A stretch of DNA of 63,994 nucleotides, filler included, from Stramenopiles sp. TOSAG23-2 (Eukaryota): NCBI GenBank assembly GCA_900128395.1. It is 3 parts of 3 records of this genome, joined end to end, with 100 filler letters (N's around TTAATTAATTAA, not from the genome) between each part and the next. Parts side by side here need not be neighbours in the genome. Positions count along the whole stretch, not along the records: positions 31,212 to 62,276 come from LT649378.1; 2 more parts are not named here. One strand, given 5' to 3'. Every line of letters starts with the position of its first letter. The first letter of the stretch is position 1. The notes under the pieces are model-generated. The model saw only the letters and a program-made list of their open reading frames with translations, did not search any database and was not told the DNA's origin. Positions 37,670-48,628 of the stretch are shown here, piece after piece. Made by a program: the position numbers and the translations under genes.

Positions 37670-38584
37670 ATGTTAAACTCTGCACATGATTTATACAATT
37701 ATTTAGTGAATTTTTCATTATCCTCAATTCTCTTCTCTAGATTCTTTCATAGAGAAGCACGTATTGGAAAATTAGTGACAAAAGAAGATCCGTACCATTT
37801 GCATAAAGGTATGGGAATTTTATCGATTTTAAGCTTCTTCTATCGTTACGGTTTGGTTTACAATGCCACTGGAACCTTAGGTTTCACTGGAAATTGGTTT
37901 GATTGGGCAACATTATTTGTTCATATGACATTAGCATTCAGTAGCAAATTATTTCGTGTACCAAAAAAACGATTAGCAAATAAACCAATGGTTATCTATG
38001 AAGAATACCGTTTACATGCAATGATTTTCACCTTTCGTTGCGTAAGTGTATATGCATGTGCTGTCTTGTGGCCTGCTGAGAATAGGCCAATTTATGCGGT
38101 AGCATTGGTTGTCGCTGCACATCATTTATTAGCTGATTACGTAACATCTATTTGGGGAAATGGAAGCACAGCTGTTAGAACAAATTCGAAAAATTTAAGT
38201 TATTTTTACAAAAAAGTTGCGCTATTTTATTCATTTTATCAATACATGGCTATTGGTTCGCATATCTTGCCAAATGTGCATTTGGCTGATTTAGCATGGA
38301 ATGCAATTATTGCTATTGCATCATCAGCATTTATGATGACATTGTATCGTAAACGTATTATACGTGGAATGACACATGTAGTAGTTTACTCGGGTTGCTT
38401 GTTATTATCAATGTTTCATATTATGAGATTAATTGGTTTAACTGCATCATTATTAATAATTGCTACGTTTTTATTACGTATTAATTTACCACGTAAATAT
38501 AGTAATAAATATGTATGCTGGACATTATTCTTTTTAAGTGCAAATTATTTTGGCTTAACAGATCCAGTTGCAATAGCAGCATAA
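37670..38584 (+). CDS. Uncharacterised polytopic membrane protein with His-containing motifs
   Basis: KLVTKEDPYHLHK, EEYRLHAMIF, AHHLLAD, AFMMTLYRK; about 7-8 hydrophobic segments. First ATG at 37670. Confidence 0.8.
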   Translation: MLNSAHDLYNYLVNFSLSSILFSRFFHREARIGKLVTKEDPYHLHKGMGILSILSFFYRYGLVYNATGTLGFTGNWFDWATLFVHMTLAFSSKLFRVPKKRLANKPMVIYEEYRLHAMIFTFRCVSVYACAVLWPAENRPIYAVALVVAAHHLLADYVTSIWGNGSTAVRTNSKNLSYFYKKVALFYSFYQYMAIGSHILPNVHLADLAWNAIIAIASSAFMMTLYRKRIIRGMTHVVVYSGCLLLSMFHIMRLIGLTASLLIIATFLLRINLPRKYSNKYVCWTLFFLSANYFGLTDPVAIAA

Positions 38585-39136
38585 GAAATTTACGGTATGT
38601 GTGTGTGTGTATATATATCAATAAAATGTATATAAAACACGAAGATTGAACCAGCAGATTTCATGAGTCGCGGGAATAATTATAAAATATATCATATCAT
38701 AGCTCTTGCATTGGAGACTACGGGGAGAAGCGTGTAATATTTTTGTTGTACCAAGTGGTCACCTTGGCTATATCTTTTTAAAAGACACTATATATTTTAA
38801 ATAATATAAATATTATTGTTGAATTTTAAATGTTTTTAAATAAATCCACAAGTTAATATCATTAAGTTGTACCACAAAATGTGCGAGTGTGGTCACCTTG
38901 GCTATCTTTAAAAAGACACTATATACTCGTAAATAAAAAAATGCAAAACAAATATTGATCACTACTATATAGAGTAAAATTTGATTTTTTAGTAAATATC
39001 CTTATTCAATTAATTTGATTTTGTTTTATTCGATATAATTGTTGGTTAATGAAGGAGAACTGAGGAGAGCCCTGGTTTGGTCTCAGATTAATGCAGCGGA
39101 AATAGAAAATACACACTGTATATACTTTGATATAGT

Positions 39137-39313
39137 AACTTTATGAAGGAGTAGCTTTTTCACCTAACTCTGAATCACAGACAGAGGTAGAATCTTTTGA
39201 ATACTAAAATAATTCACTATGTTTATATAATAAATGAGTACTTAAATCATTTTTCATTTGAGATGTTAACTTCCGGGAGTAAAAGAAATTTATATAATAT
39301 ATGTGAGTAAGAG
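39137..39313 (+). repeat. Dispersed repeat, copy 1 (copy 2 at 50501-50661)
   Basis: AACTTTATGAAGGAGTAGCT..CTAACTCTGAATCACAGACAGAGG..AATCTTTTGAATACTAA..TTTGAGATGTTAA..CGGGAGTAAAAGAAATTTATATAAT is shared by both copies. Confidence 0.9.
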
Positions 39314-39789
39314 GAAATAATATAATACTTTGAAACATTGTATATATACCTTGATACATGAATGTTTTTCTAAATTGTTTAAGGGAGGCGTGCTAAAAGT
39401 ATAGTGGCCCAAGGTGGCCAAGTTTAAGTTTACCAGTAATCCGAAAATCTATTATAATATGGACATACCATTGCCTACCGCAAATGGTGAAAATAATAAT
39501 TCCACAAAAATCAATAGTGTGTATTGTTATTTTATGATGTATTTGAGGGGGATAAACAATAAAAAAATCAGAAAATAAAAGAGATTTAAAGATACATGTA
39601 AATGGGAGAGAGAGAGGTGTCTGTGTCAGATTATTGCTTTCAAACAACTGCTACCTTTATGTGTATGTCTATGTGTGGGTGTGTAAGATTTGAATAAAAA
39701 CAAGCATCTTTTAAAACGACTACTACCTTTGTGTATTTGCGTGTGTGTGCGTGCGTGTATTTATATATATATAAATATATGTATATAAA

Positions 39790-40755
39790 ATGGACTCATC
39801 AATACCACGTTCACCGAAAGTATCAAATGTCGTCGGAATAGAATCACCGAATACAAAACGAAAACGAAAATTAATACAAATTAATGTAAATAGGCGAAAC
39901 CAAATCCTGATCAGTGTATGTGCTTTTGTATCATTGTTTTTGTTGGTTACTATATTAGGACTACTTGGATATATTGGTATAGCAGCAAAACATGTTTCAA
40001 GTTGGGGTTTTGCTGCGCATATTGTAATTATAGTATTCATGATTTTTGTTTCCCAACCTTTTGGATATGGATATTGGATTTCTTTAACCGCTTTTGGTTA
40101 TGCGTTAGGTTGGTCATGCATACCCTCAGCCTACGTAGGTTTCATCCTCGGTTCTATGGTTGCATTTTTCTTTACAAAACACGTTGCAAATGATTTTGTC
40201 AGTCGTAAAGTAGAACACATTTTGGAAACGAAAAAATTATCGATAAATCTTGTTGCTGAAACTATACGACAAAATAAAGCATCAAAATATTCCTTATATG
40301 TATCTATTCGCCATTTAATTTTTTCTACATTAGGTTTTAATAATAGTTTATTGACATTAGTTTTATTACAAGTTGATGAGAAAATTGCTTTTCGTGTATA
40401 TTGTATTGTTTCATTTGTATCTGAAATTCCATTTATTATTGCAGTCGTTAGTTTAGGCAATTCAATTGATCAAATTGAACAAGGCCAAAGTAATAGTTTA
40501 TCTGAAATTTTATTAGTTGTTCAAATTGTTTTAACACTTGCTGTTATGGGTATTATTATTTATATAAGTAAAAAAAGTTATCGAATGATAAAAGATAAAT
40601 CTGATGATTTAAATGCTGACGATATTATGGATGATGGGAATAATGATAATAATAATAATGATACGAATGACAACGAAACAAGCGAGAGTAAGATGAAGAA
40701 TCAAGAAAAAGGACAAGAACAACAATTAAAAGATGGTGATGATAGCGAGGTATGA
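39790..40755 (+). CDS. DedA/VTT-domain membrane protein (TMEM64-like)
   Basis: FVSQPFGYGY..AFGYALGW....YVGFILGSMVAFFFTK pattern; C-terminal TM helix and acidic tail. Confidence 0.65.
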   Translation: MDSSIPRSPKVSNVVGIESPNTKRKRKLIQINVNRRNQILISVCAFVSLFLLVTILGLLGYIGIAAKHVSSWGFAAHIVIIVFMIFVSQPFGYGYWISLTAFGYALGWSCIPSAYVGFILGSMVAFFFTKHVANDFVSRKVEHILETKKLSINLVAETIRQNKASKYSLYVSIRHLIFSTLGFNNSLLTLVLLQVDEKIAFRVYCIVSFVSEIPFIIAVVSLGNSIDQIEQGQSNSLSEILLVVQIVLTLAVMGIIIYISKKSYRMIKDKSDDLNADDIMDDGNNDNNNNDTNDNETSESKMKNQEKGQEQQLKDGDDSEV

Positions 40756-41348
40756 TGGTGGGGTGTATCACACAGTATGATAGCTCTATCATTTTTTTTT
40801 TCATTTGCGCTATATTATACGAGAAGCGTTCGTATTAACCACTACAGGAATCGTTCAGGAGAGAAGGGAGAGGGAGGTGCCATTGAAATCTTGACTGATA
40901 AAAAATAAAATTCATTTTACGTATAAAATAAAAAAACATAATATGTAATTTTACGGGGGGGGGACCTTTTTTTTTTCAAAATAATTTTACTTTTAGCAGC
41001 TTTATTCAAAAAAATATTTTTTTTTTTATTTTATTTATTTAAAAACTCTCTTCACATCCTTTATTGCATCTGCCCTGAACAAAATGATCCATGTTATCAT
41101 ATCATTTTAATATATATATATATTATCATTATTTATTTTGCAACATTTACTAAAATATGATACACGTATTACATAAAATTGTATACACAAAGATATTACG
41201 AAATATGTAATGTGGTGTGTGCGTGGATTTAAATCAAAAAGACATACCACAGCGCACATATCTATACACTTTTTTTACAGATATATATCATCTTCGTAAA
41301 ATATCCATGTACATATCATTGATTATGTCATACATTTAAAATATGGAT

Positions 41349-42818
41349 TTAATTTCTTTTGGATTTACCTCTTGCTGATGGTGTACTGCTACGTTTACTA
41401 CGGGTGGAGGATGATTTTGACGTTTTTGTATCATTATCTTTTTCTTTTGTTGTATTTTTTGTTGCAGATGTTTTACTTGCTTTCGTACTACTTTTTCCGC
41501 CACCTGATGTTGTTGCACCAAGAATAAGACCAATGATTGCAAAAGCTGGTACTACTAAAAATAATGGATCGGATGGAATAGCTTTTGGGCTACCCATGGC
41601 TTTGTAAACTTTATCCCATGTTGGCTGTAACATTGTACGTAATTGATCAAGTGGTGGTTCACCTTTTACATTGGAATCATCAGTTGTTGCATGAATTGCT
41701 GTTTTGCTTGCTTCTTTTGCTGCTTTTGCTGCAAGCGTTGCTTCTTTTTTCTCTGCTGCTGCTTTTGCCGCTGCTGCTTGTTCTTTTTCAGCTTGTTCTT
41801 TAATTGCAGCTGCTTCTGCATCTGCTTTTGCTTTCGCTGCTGCTGCTGCTTCTTTCGCTGCTGCTGCTTCTTTTACCTCTGCATCATTATTTGTTTCACT
41901 TGCCGTTTCAGCTGCTGCCTTTGTTGCTTGTGCCGTTGCTTGCTCCTCTTTGTTGGTTACAACACCAATTTGTGTATTCACGTAATCTAATACACGATCA
42001 TAACATCCATCGCCACCATTAAATTGTGTACATAAATTTTCTGAAAATTTAGCTGGTATATCAGTTTCATAAAATGGTGTACGTTGTATGCCATTTGCAG
42101 TTTCAAATGGTATTACTAACATAACTTTGCGTAATGGTGGATACGAGTTTTTCAATTCCTCTGGTACACGAGAACGTAACTCTTTGTTCAATTCATGCGC
42201 ATATGATGGTATATCCAACTTATGGGTATAGCAATATTCTAACGATACAACATCAGGACTTTGACCATTTAACAATTGTAATGGTGGATCAATTGTTTTT
42301 CCATCTGGACCTTGTACTTGTAAAGTTACTAATGGCATATTTTTTTGTACTTCCTCATAAATAGTTTGGCCATCATCTTCTGATAATCCATATTTCGCCT
42401 TGAACGCATCTATGGTTTTGCGTATATCCCACCCTTGGTATATTTTCAAATTGACCATGTTGCCTTCACCTAAGGATAAAGGTATAGATACTACTAGAGG
42501 TGGTAATCGTTTTTCTAATTCACCAACTAATTGTGCTGCATTAGATACATCAATTTTATGTGTTACACAAAATTCACGTGCAGCATCCTCAGGCTGTTCA
42601 TTTTCATGCAATCTGATCTCTGTTTGTGTCTCGCCAAACGAAATTGGTACTTGCAAGATGACAACTGGTGGAACACCATGATCTCTTCTTGGTGGCTCTG
42701 CTACTTCTTCGGTTGTTGTGGATGCTTCGTTGCCCTCATTTTGTGCTTGGCAATTTGATATCAATAATCCTATTACAAATACTAATCCTAATAATATTAA
42801 TAAAATATTTTTTTTCAT
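41349..42818 (-). CDS. Signal-peptide protein with four ~55-70-aa repeated modules, Ala/Lys/Glu coiled stalk and C-terminal TM
   Basis: Leader MKKNILLILLGLVFVIGLLISNCQA; repeated L..GxxPxxxxxxFCxxHxL-like module; TM LFLVVPAFAIIGLILGA. Confidence 0.8.
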   Translation of the reverse strand: MKKNILLILLGLVFVIGLLISNCQAQNEGNEASTTTEEVAEPPRRDHGVPPVVILQVPISFGETQTEIRLHENEQPEDAAREFCVTHKIDVSNAAQLVGELEKRLPPLVVSIPLSLGEGNMVNLKIYQGWDIRKTIDAFKAKYGLSEDDGQTIYEEVQKNMPLVTLQVQGPDGKTIDPPLQLLNGQSPDVVSLEYCYTHKLDIPSYAHELNKELRSRVPEELKNSYPPLRKVMLVIPFETANGIQRTPFYETDIPAKFSENLCTQFNGGDGCYDRVLDYVNTQIGVVTNKEEQATAQATKAAAETASETNNDAEVKEAAAAKEAAAAAKAKADAEAAAIKEQAEKEQAAAAKAAAEKKEATLAAKAAKEASKTAIHATTDDSNVKGEPPLDQLRTMLQPTWDKVYKAMGSPKAIPSDPLFLVVPAFAIIGLILGATTSGGGKSSTKASKTSATKNTTKEKDNDTKTSKSSSTRSKRSSTPSARGKSKRN

Positions 42819-43849
42819 GTTTCTTTTTATATTATATAATATATATGTATATATGTGTTGTGATTGGTTTAAATTATCTTCCGTGGTATAATATATTTTG
42901 TCTTTGCTCCTCGTCCCACACTATTGTATATGTTCACTTGTTTTTTTTTTGGTTCTGTTTGAATATGGATATAGAAGATATTAATATATATATATCTTTA
43001 ACCGTATGAGAACAGTATCTGGCCAATCAATTTTGAATATTTTTTTTGATGATGATGAATTTGTTTTTGTGCTCTGGGTGCTGCTTTTTGGTGGTGAAGA
43101 ATCCCAGAATGATTGACATTTGGCTTTTGCACTTTTTGTGACATTTTAATTTGGACATTTTAATTTGTGGACATTTCATTTGATGATATTCATAGGTGTA
43201 TAGAATGTATTAGTATACCGGGGAGGTGTAGATAAAAGTGGCAAGGATCAAGATTACTATAATGCTATGTGCCTGTATTGATTAAGCAATTTAAATTGAT
43301 TATCTTGTGCACGGTTGCTTGTGTTGTTTTCGTACAATTTAAATTCGGAGCTGGAAAACCAGAAAACCTTAAAACAAAGTATAAAAAAAATGCAGAGAGA
43401 ATTAAAATGCTGTGGAAACGTGCGTGGAAACCAGATATAGAGAGATCAACAGATAAGGTGTAATTCCTGCTCCTGGGTGCTCTCTGCCTGCTATAAGGCC
43501 TGGTCTGATGATAATAATTCTCTGTCGAACTTGATGAAATAAAATTCGATTTCGGTGGAAGAATAAATAATTTGAACTTTTCTCAGAAAGATGCTTGAAA
43601 GAATTTGTTGATGAACACACACTGTATATGTAGTGCAGAATGTATGCAAACAAACGAACAACATTATAGATATCATCATAGAAACAAGAAGAGTAATATA
43701 ATATAATATATTTATTTACAATTATAAATCAATAATATCATTAATTTATTTGAAGAAAATTATAAAAAATAATTTTTTAAATCAAAACTATTATCAAAAT
43801 TATTTTTAAAATTAATACAATAATTAGTACTGTTTTTTTAAAAAAAAAA

Positions 43850-45253
43850 ATGACGACACAATCAAAAGAAGCAAGGGAACATAATACTAAAAATAATAGA
43901 AAAAATGAAATAAAAACATCAGAAGAAGAAGAAGAAGACGAAGCAAAAACAACAAAACGTCTATACATGTTACGTGGATTGCATTTAATACATGCAATTG
44001 GAAGTATGTTAGTTATGAATGCATCTACAGAAACATTAATGAAGTCATTATCTGGTTTAGACTTTACTAATTTTATGGTTAATAATATGTCAATCATGTT
44101 AATTTTAAGAATGTTAACGTCGCCTGTTTTTGCTTCTTTTAGTGATGTGTATGGGCGTTTAAAAACATTAAATGTTTCATTAGGTATGTACATGTTAACA
44201 GACTTATTACAAGTTATAAGTCCAACTGTCGGTGTTTTTCAATTAGTAAATAGATATGGTGGTCCATTAACAATGGGCCCATATATGCAATTAACTAGTG
44301 TCATGGTAGCTGATATGTTTCCACATGATGCAAAACGTGTTTCCATTGAACAAGGAAAATTTGGTATTTCATTTATGACGGCAAGTTTAATTGTACCAAA
44401 ATTAAATCAATTTCTATTATCAATCGGAAATAGGGTGCCTTTCTTTTTAGCACTTGTCATACGTGTGGTTGAAACGATTGTATTTAATGGATATTTTAAA
44501 GAAACATTAGGTGATGATCAACGAAAATCATTTAATGATATTAATTTAAATGATTTTAATCCATTGAAATTTTATCAATTGTTTACAAAAGGTACAAAAT
44601 TACGTGTGTTAGCATGTGTACAAAGTTTAACATCATTAATTCGTACACAATCATTTGGTCGTATTGCTGATGTCATTCGTGTTGATCAATATCAAAACAA
44701 TTGGAGTATAGCAGAACGTTCCACGTATCAAACGTTTTTACCTATTTGCCATTTACCAGCTATACTTCTTTCTGGTTCATTATATAAAAAATATGGAGCA
44801 AGGAAAACGTTTTATACTGGAAAAACATTAGATATCATTCGTTATTATTTAACACAATTTTCCTATTTACCACTTCATGAATTTATTGCATTGCCATTTT
44901 CAACTGTTTGTATGCCAGGTGATACTGCTATAGGTGCATTATTACGTAAAGAAGCTATGAAACAAGGTATATCAAAAAGTGAATTTTCACAAATGAGTGG
45001 TAATTTATTTCAAATCAATATGTTATTATCAGGTTATTTATTAAATAGTTTATATGCAAATGCAGTTGCTAGGGGTAAACCACGTTCATTATATGGTTCT
45101 ATAATTGTATTTCCAGTATTACAAATGATTTTATTTTATATATTTAATATTGCTAGTGTGGAAGATGAGGATGAACATGGTGGTAGTGAAGAAATAAAGG
45201 GGAGGAGGAAGGGGAAGGAAGAATATAGTACGAGTAGTAAAAAGAATCAGTAA
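43850..45253 (+). CDS. MFS transporter (TetA/MFSD14-like)
   Basis: Motif A FASFSDVYGR, VMVADMF, YFKETL, NPLKF; about 12 hydrophobic segments. Confidence 0.85.
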   Translation: MTTQSKEAREHNTKNNRKNEIKTSEEEEEDEAKTTKRLYMLRGLHLIHAIGSMLVMNASTETLMKSLSGLDFTNFMVNNMSIMLILRMLTSPVFASFSDVYGRLKTLNVSLGMYMLTDLLQVISPTVGVFQLVNRYGGPLTMGPYMQLTSVMVADMFPHDAKRVSIEQGKFGISFMTASLIVPKLNQFLLSIGNRVPFFLALVIRVVETIVFNGYFKETLGDDQRKSFNDINLNDFNPLKFYQLFTKGTKLRVLACVQSLTSLIRTQSFGRIADVIRVDQYQNNWSIAERSTYQTFLPICHLPAILLSGSLYKKYGARKTFYTGKTLDIIRYYLTQFSYLPLHEFIALPFSTVCMPGDTAIGALLRKEAMKQGISKSEFSQMSGNLFQINMLLSGYLLNSLYANAVARGKPRSLYGSIIVFPVLQMILFYIFNIASVEDEDEHGGSEEIKGRRKGKEEYSTSSKKNQ

Positions 45254-45464
45254 AATATTGTAGACGGGGGGGGGGGGAGCATGAATTGAGTGTGTGTAAA
45301 AAAATATGCACTCTACGTATCATATCATACTTCGTACGAACGGGAGTTCGTATGATTTTTTATATTTTTTCATAAATTATCACTTGTTTTTCTAGAGATA
45401 TCTAAGTAATCATATCTTGACACATTTTAAATCGTTAAATCGTCAATAATCTCATCAATTAATC

Positions 45465-45792
45465 TCAATAATCATCAAACATGCCTTCATCTAATGTACC
45501 ATCTTCGTTAAAGCCATATGGTTTAGTCCCATTGTTGTTCTCGATACTGCAATCAGCTCCAGCTGCCAGTAGTAATTTTGCTAAATCAAGGCTCTCGATT
45601 GAACATGCGGCATGCAATGGTGTTTCTCCAGTATCAGTTGTAGCTTTATTAATGTCAATTGAATCGTGCTTTAATAATGTATTTACTATTTCTACATGTC
45701 CTCCTATACATGCAACATAAAGTGGCGTTTGTTACGGTAAATTGTGGTATAATTTTTTTATTACCTCTGTTTTTCGATGCACCGCCACCCAT
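45465..45792 (-). pseudogene. Frame-disrupted myristoylation-motif ankyrin gene
   Basis: ATG at 45792 encodes MGGGASKNRG. 45731-45465 encodes QTPLYVACIGGHVEIVNTLL..GETPLHAAC..LLLAAGAD..* in another frame, preceded by TAA. Confidence 0.7.
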
Positions 45793-46411
45793 TATTTCAA
45801 ATCGTTTATACAAATACACGTAAAGACTGGTTGTACATATATGTTGATATATTTTGATACAAAATAATTACAAATTCTTAAAAATGAATTGTATATATAA
45901 TATTGGGAGTAAATATACGTAGATATATATATATATTAATCTTTCCACACACCTATAGAAAAGTGTCAAAATCTTTTTTAAATTGTACTTATTTTCTTTT
46001 TATTATACTTTTCAATGTACTTTTCCCTATCAAATTCGTCCAATGTCCAACGCTAAATTTTAATTTTAAGTCAAGGAAAAGTGATAAAGGTGGTTGGAGG
46101 TGCTTTATTGTAATGCTAACTCCTCCTTATTTTGAAGTGATGGATTCGTTTGGCTAGGGGGAGTTGCTGTTTTTAATCAATGCTAAATCCTCCTTATCCA
46201 TTTTAACGGAAATCACTTCACACCTAAAACACACACCCTTAAATAATACAAAAGGAACGGTGATGAGAAGGTTCATATAAAAATGAAATTGACCAAATAA
46301 AATAACAAAATACTGTAAATACAACAAACATATACATGTGCATACACACAACCACCGCTTATAAACTCTACAACCTACTACGACTCCTTCTTGATAAACT
46401 CTATATACAAC

Positions 46412-48628
46412 TTACAACTCCTTTGGTAACGTTTGATTATCACCAGATTGAAACATTTTCATACCGCAACATTTCTTTTTACTACTATTACAACTAATAA
46501 TATATCTACGAAACAAATAAAACACAATGACAACGATAACAATAACAACACCAAAATATGCTTCGTATTCATGTATCGTTTTACTATTGAATTTATTAGA
46601 AGAAGAATCAATTTTATATTTATTGTTGTTATCACCATTATTACTATTATGTGTTTCTTGAAAATCTTTTTGTATGACAACTTTACCTTTCAAGTTTACA
46701 TCACCGTTATTTTTTTCTTTATTATTATTATTATAATTATTATTAGGATCGCCTATCGTAGGTTTATTTCGTAAAAAATTATTCGATACAGATGGTTTTG
46801 GAGCATGTTTTGTTTTTGCATTTGGATGTAATGTCGTAGTTTTTATTGTTGACGTCGTTTCTGGCTTAACTTTTTTACTTCTTTCTTTTATTTTTTCAAT
46901 TTCTTCTTGCGATGGACGATTATTCGATTTTTTTTGATGATCTCGAAGAAATTCTTCTCTAGCCTTTTCCATCATTTTTTTCTTTTCTTCATTTTTAGCA
47001 GCTAATGACATAGTCGTAGTTATTAAATCAATTTTTGTTGTAGTAGTTGGTACTTCAGTTGTTGGAGCAACTGTAGTAGTAACAATTGTCGTTAAAGGAG
47101 GTGCATTTTCCTTTCGTTTTCTTTCCGCTTCTGCCTCTTCCTCTTCTATTTCAATCTTATTAATTTCTTCATCTATTTTATCATCTTCCAAAATAGTTAA
47201 GCTACCTTGTTGATTTTGATTTAAACTTTTTTGGACATATATAACACGATTAAACTTATCTTTTGCCATATGATGCGGTAAATGTGCTATTTCAACAAGT
47301 CTTTTATTATCTTTTTTTGGTTTTGATGGATCACATGATACAATTTGACCACCATCATTTTTTGATTTAGCAACGGAGATATAAATTTCATTATTTACTT
47401 GAATTAAACTATCCACACCAAACATTCTATTACCATCTAACCCATAGCATTTTTCTTCATAATAATTACATGGTATTAAATGTGTATCTTCTTTAAATTT
47501 TTGAAATTTATGTCGTGTATTTGTCATATTCTTTGGTTTTGGGCATGGATCCATTTCAAATATTGGAGTATAAATAACAACTCCAGAATCAATAGCAACG
47601 GTTGAATATAAACCAGGATGATTGTTATTGTTATTGTTGTTGTTAGCAGCATCTTTATTATTATTAGCATTTCCTGTTCCTGCTAATAAAGCAGCACTAC
47701 CCCATATCATATCTTTAATCGGACCACGTACATTAAGCCTAACAATAACGATCCATTCATTTGATGGTTTTTTTCCAAAGTGTTTGATATCATGTATATC
47801 TGGTAATTGAATTCGTATTATAAATGCTTTTTTATCAACTTCCCAACCGCCTCCCGCACAATACAGAAATGGTGACCCAGTTCTTCCATCTTCCACACAA
47901 CTACTGATCATGGTAAATTCTTTTGGTAATGATGCGATTTCTTGAGACATTCTTTTCCCGGATGTCGAAGTTCTTTTACCTTGATTAAATGAAACATCAA
48001 ATCCATGATTTCTATCAAACCAATTTGGATGTTTATAAAAAAATATTTTCAACGTATCTTGTTGCGTATTTTGTCTTTTTCCAAAATTAATTTGATAAAT
48101 AATTAAGCCATCATGTCTATCAATATATGTTATTCCATTGATTCCTTTATTATTAAATCTACCTATTGCTGGGAAGGAACTTAACTTGCATGCTTTTTTT
48201 ACAGTAGGGCCACATTTCATATATTTCGGTTCTGGTAAATATCGTACAATACCGTGTGATGGTGCAGCTATAAATATTGAATTATCACTATCCACGACAA
48301 ACATATTTTTAGTTATAAAACCAATGTCTTTCACTAATATATCTTCCAATACACGTGATGTTCTATTTTGTTTCCTCCGTTCCCGTTCACTTAAAATATA
48401 TACCATTGTTAACCTTCCACCATCGTCATAATCCGATAATAAAAGCATTCGTGCCGTAGTACGTCCAATATCATCAAAGTAATTGTTTGTTCTATTGGCA
48501 TCATACATTGGTTTCAGATCAATAGTTCCATGGAAGAGACGATTTGACAATAAAATTTTACTATGCATTTGTGTATTAAATGGTGGTGGATGTAGTTCAT
48601 TATTGTTTGTATGATCATCGGACGCCAT
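46412..48628 (-). CDS. Single-pass membrane protein, beta-rich ectodomain with Thr-rich stalk; 5' end uncertain
   Basis: 738-codon ORF; TTIVTTTVAPTTEVPTTTT stalk; TM YFGVVIVIVVIVFYLF followed by RR. Confidence 0.75.
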   Translation of the reverse strand: MASDDHTNNNELHPPPFNTQMHSKILLSNRLFHGTIDLKPMYDANRTNNYFDDIGRTTARMLLLSDYDDGGRLTMVYILSERERRKQNRTSRVLEDILVKDIGFITKNMFVVDSDNSIFIAAPSHGIVRYLPEPKYMKCGPTVKKACKLSSFPAIGRFNNKGINGITYIDRHDGLIIYQINFGKRQNTQQDTLKIFFYKHPNWFDRNHGFDVSFNQGKRTSTSGKRMSQEIASLPKEFTMISSCVEDGRTGSPFLYCAGGGWEVDKKAFIIRIQLPDIHDIKHFGKKPSNEWIVIVRLNVRGPIKDMIWGSAALLAGTGNANNNKDAANNNNNNNNHPGLYSTVAIDSGVVIYTPIFEMDPCPKPKNMTNTRHKFQKFKEDTHLIPCNYYEEKCYGLDGNRMFGVDSLIQVNNEIYISVAKSKNDGGQIVSCDPSKPKKDNKRLVEIAHLPHHMAKDKFNRVIYVQKSLNQNQQGSLTILEDDKIDEEINKIEIEEEEAEAERKRKENAPPLTTIVTTTVAPTTEVPTTTTKIDLITTTMSLAAKNEEKKKMMEKAREEFLRDHQKKSNNRPSQEEIEKIKERSKKVKPETTSTIKTTTLHPNAKTKHAPKPSVSNNFLRNKPTIGDPNNNYNNNNKEKNNGDVNLKGKVVIQKDFQETHNSNNGDNNNKYKIDSSSNKFNSKTIHEYEAYFGVVIVIVVIVFYLFRRYIISCNSSKKKCCGMKMFQSGDNQTLPKEL

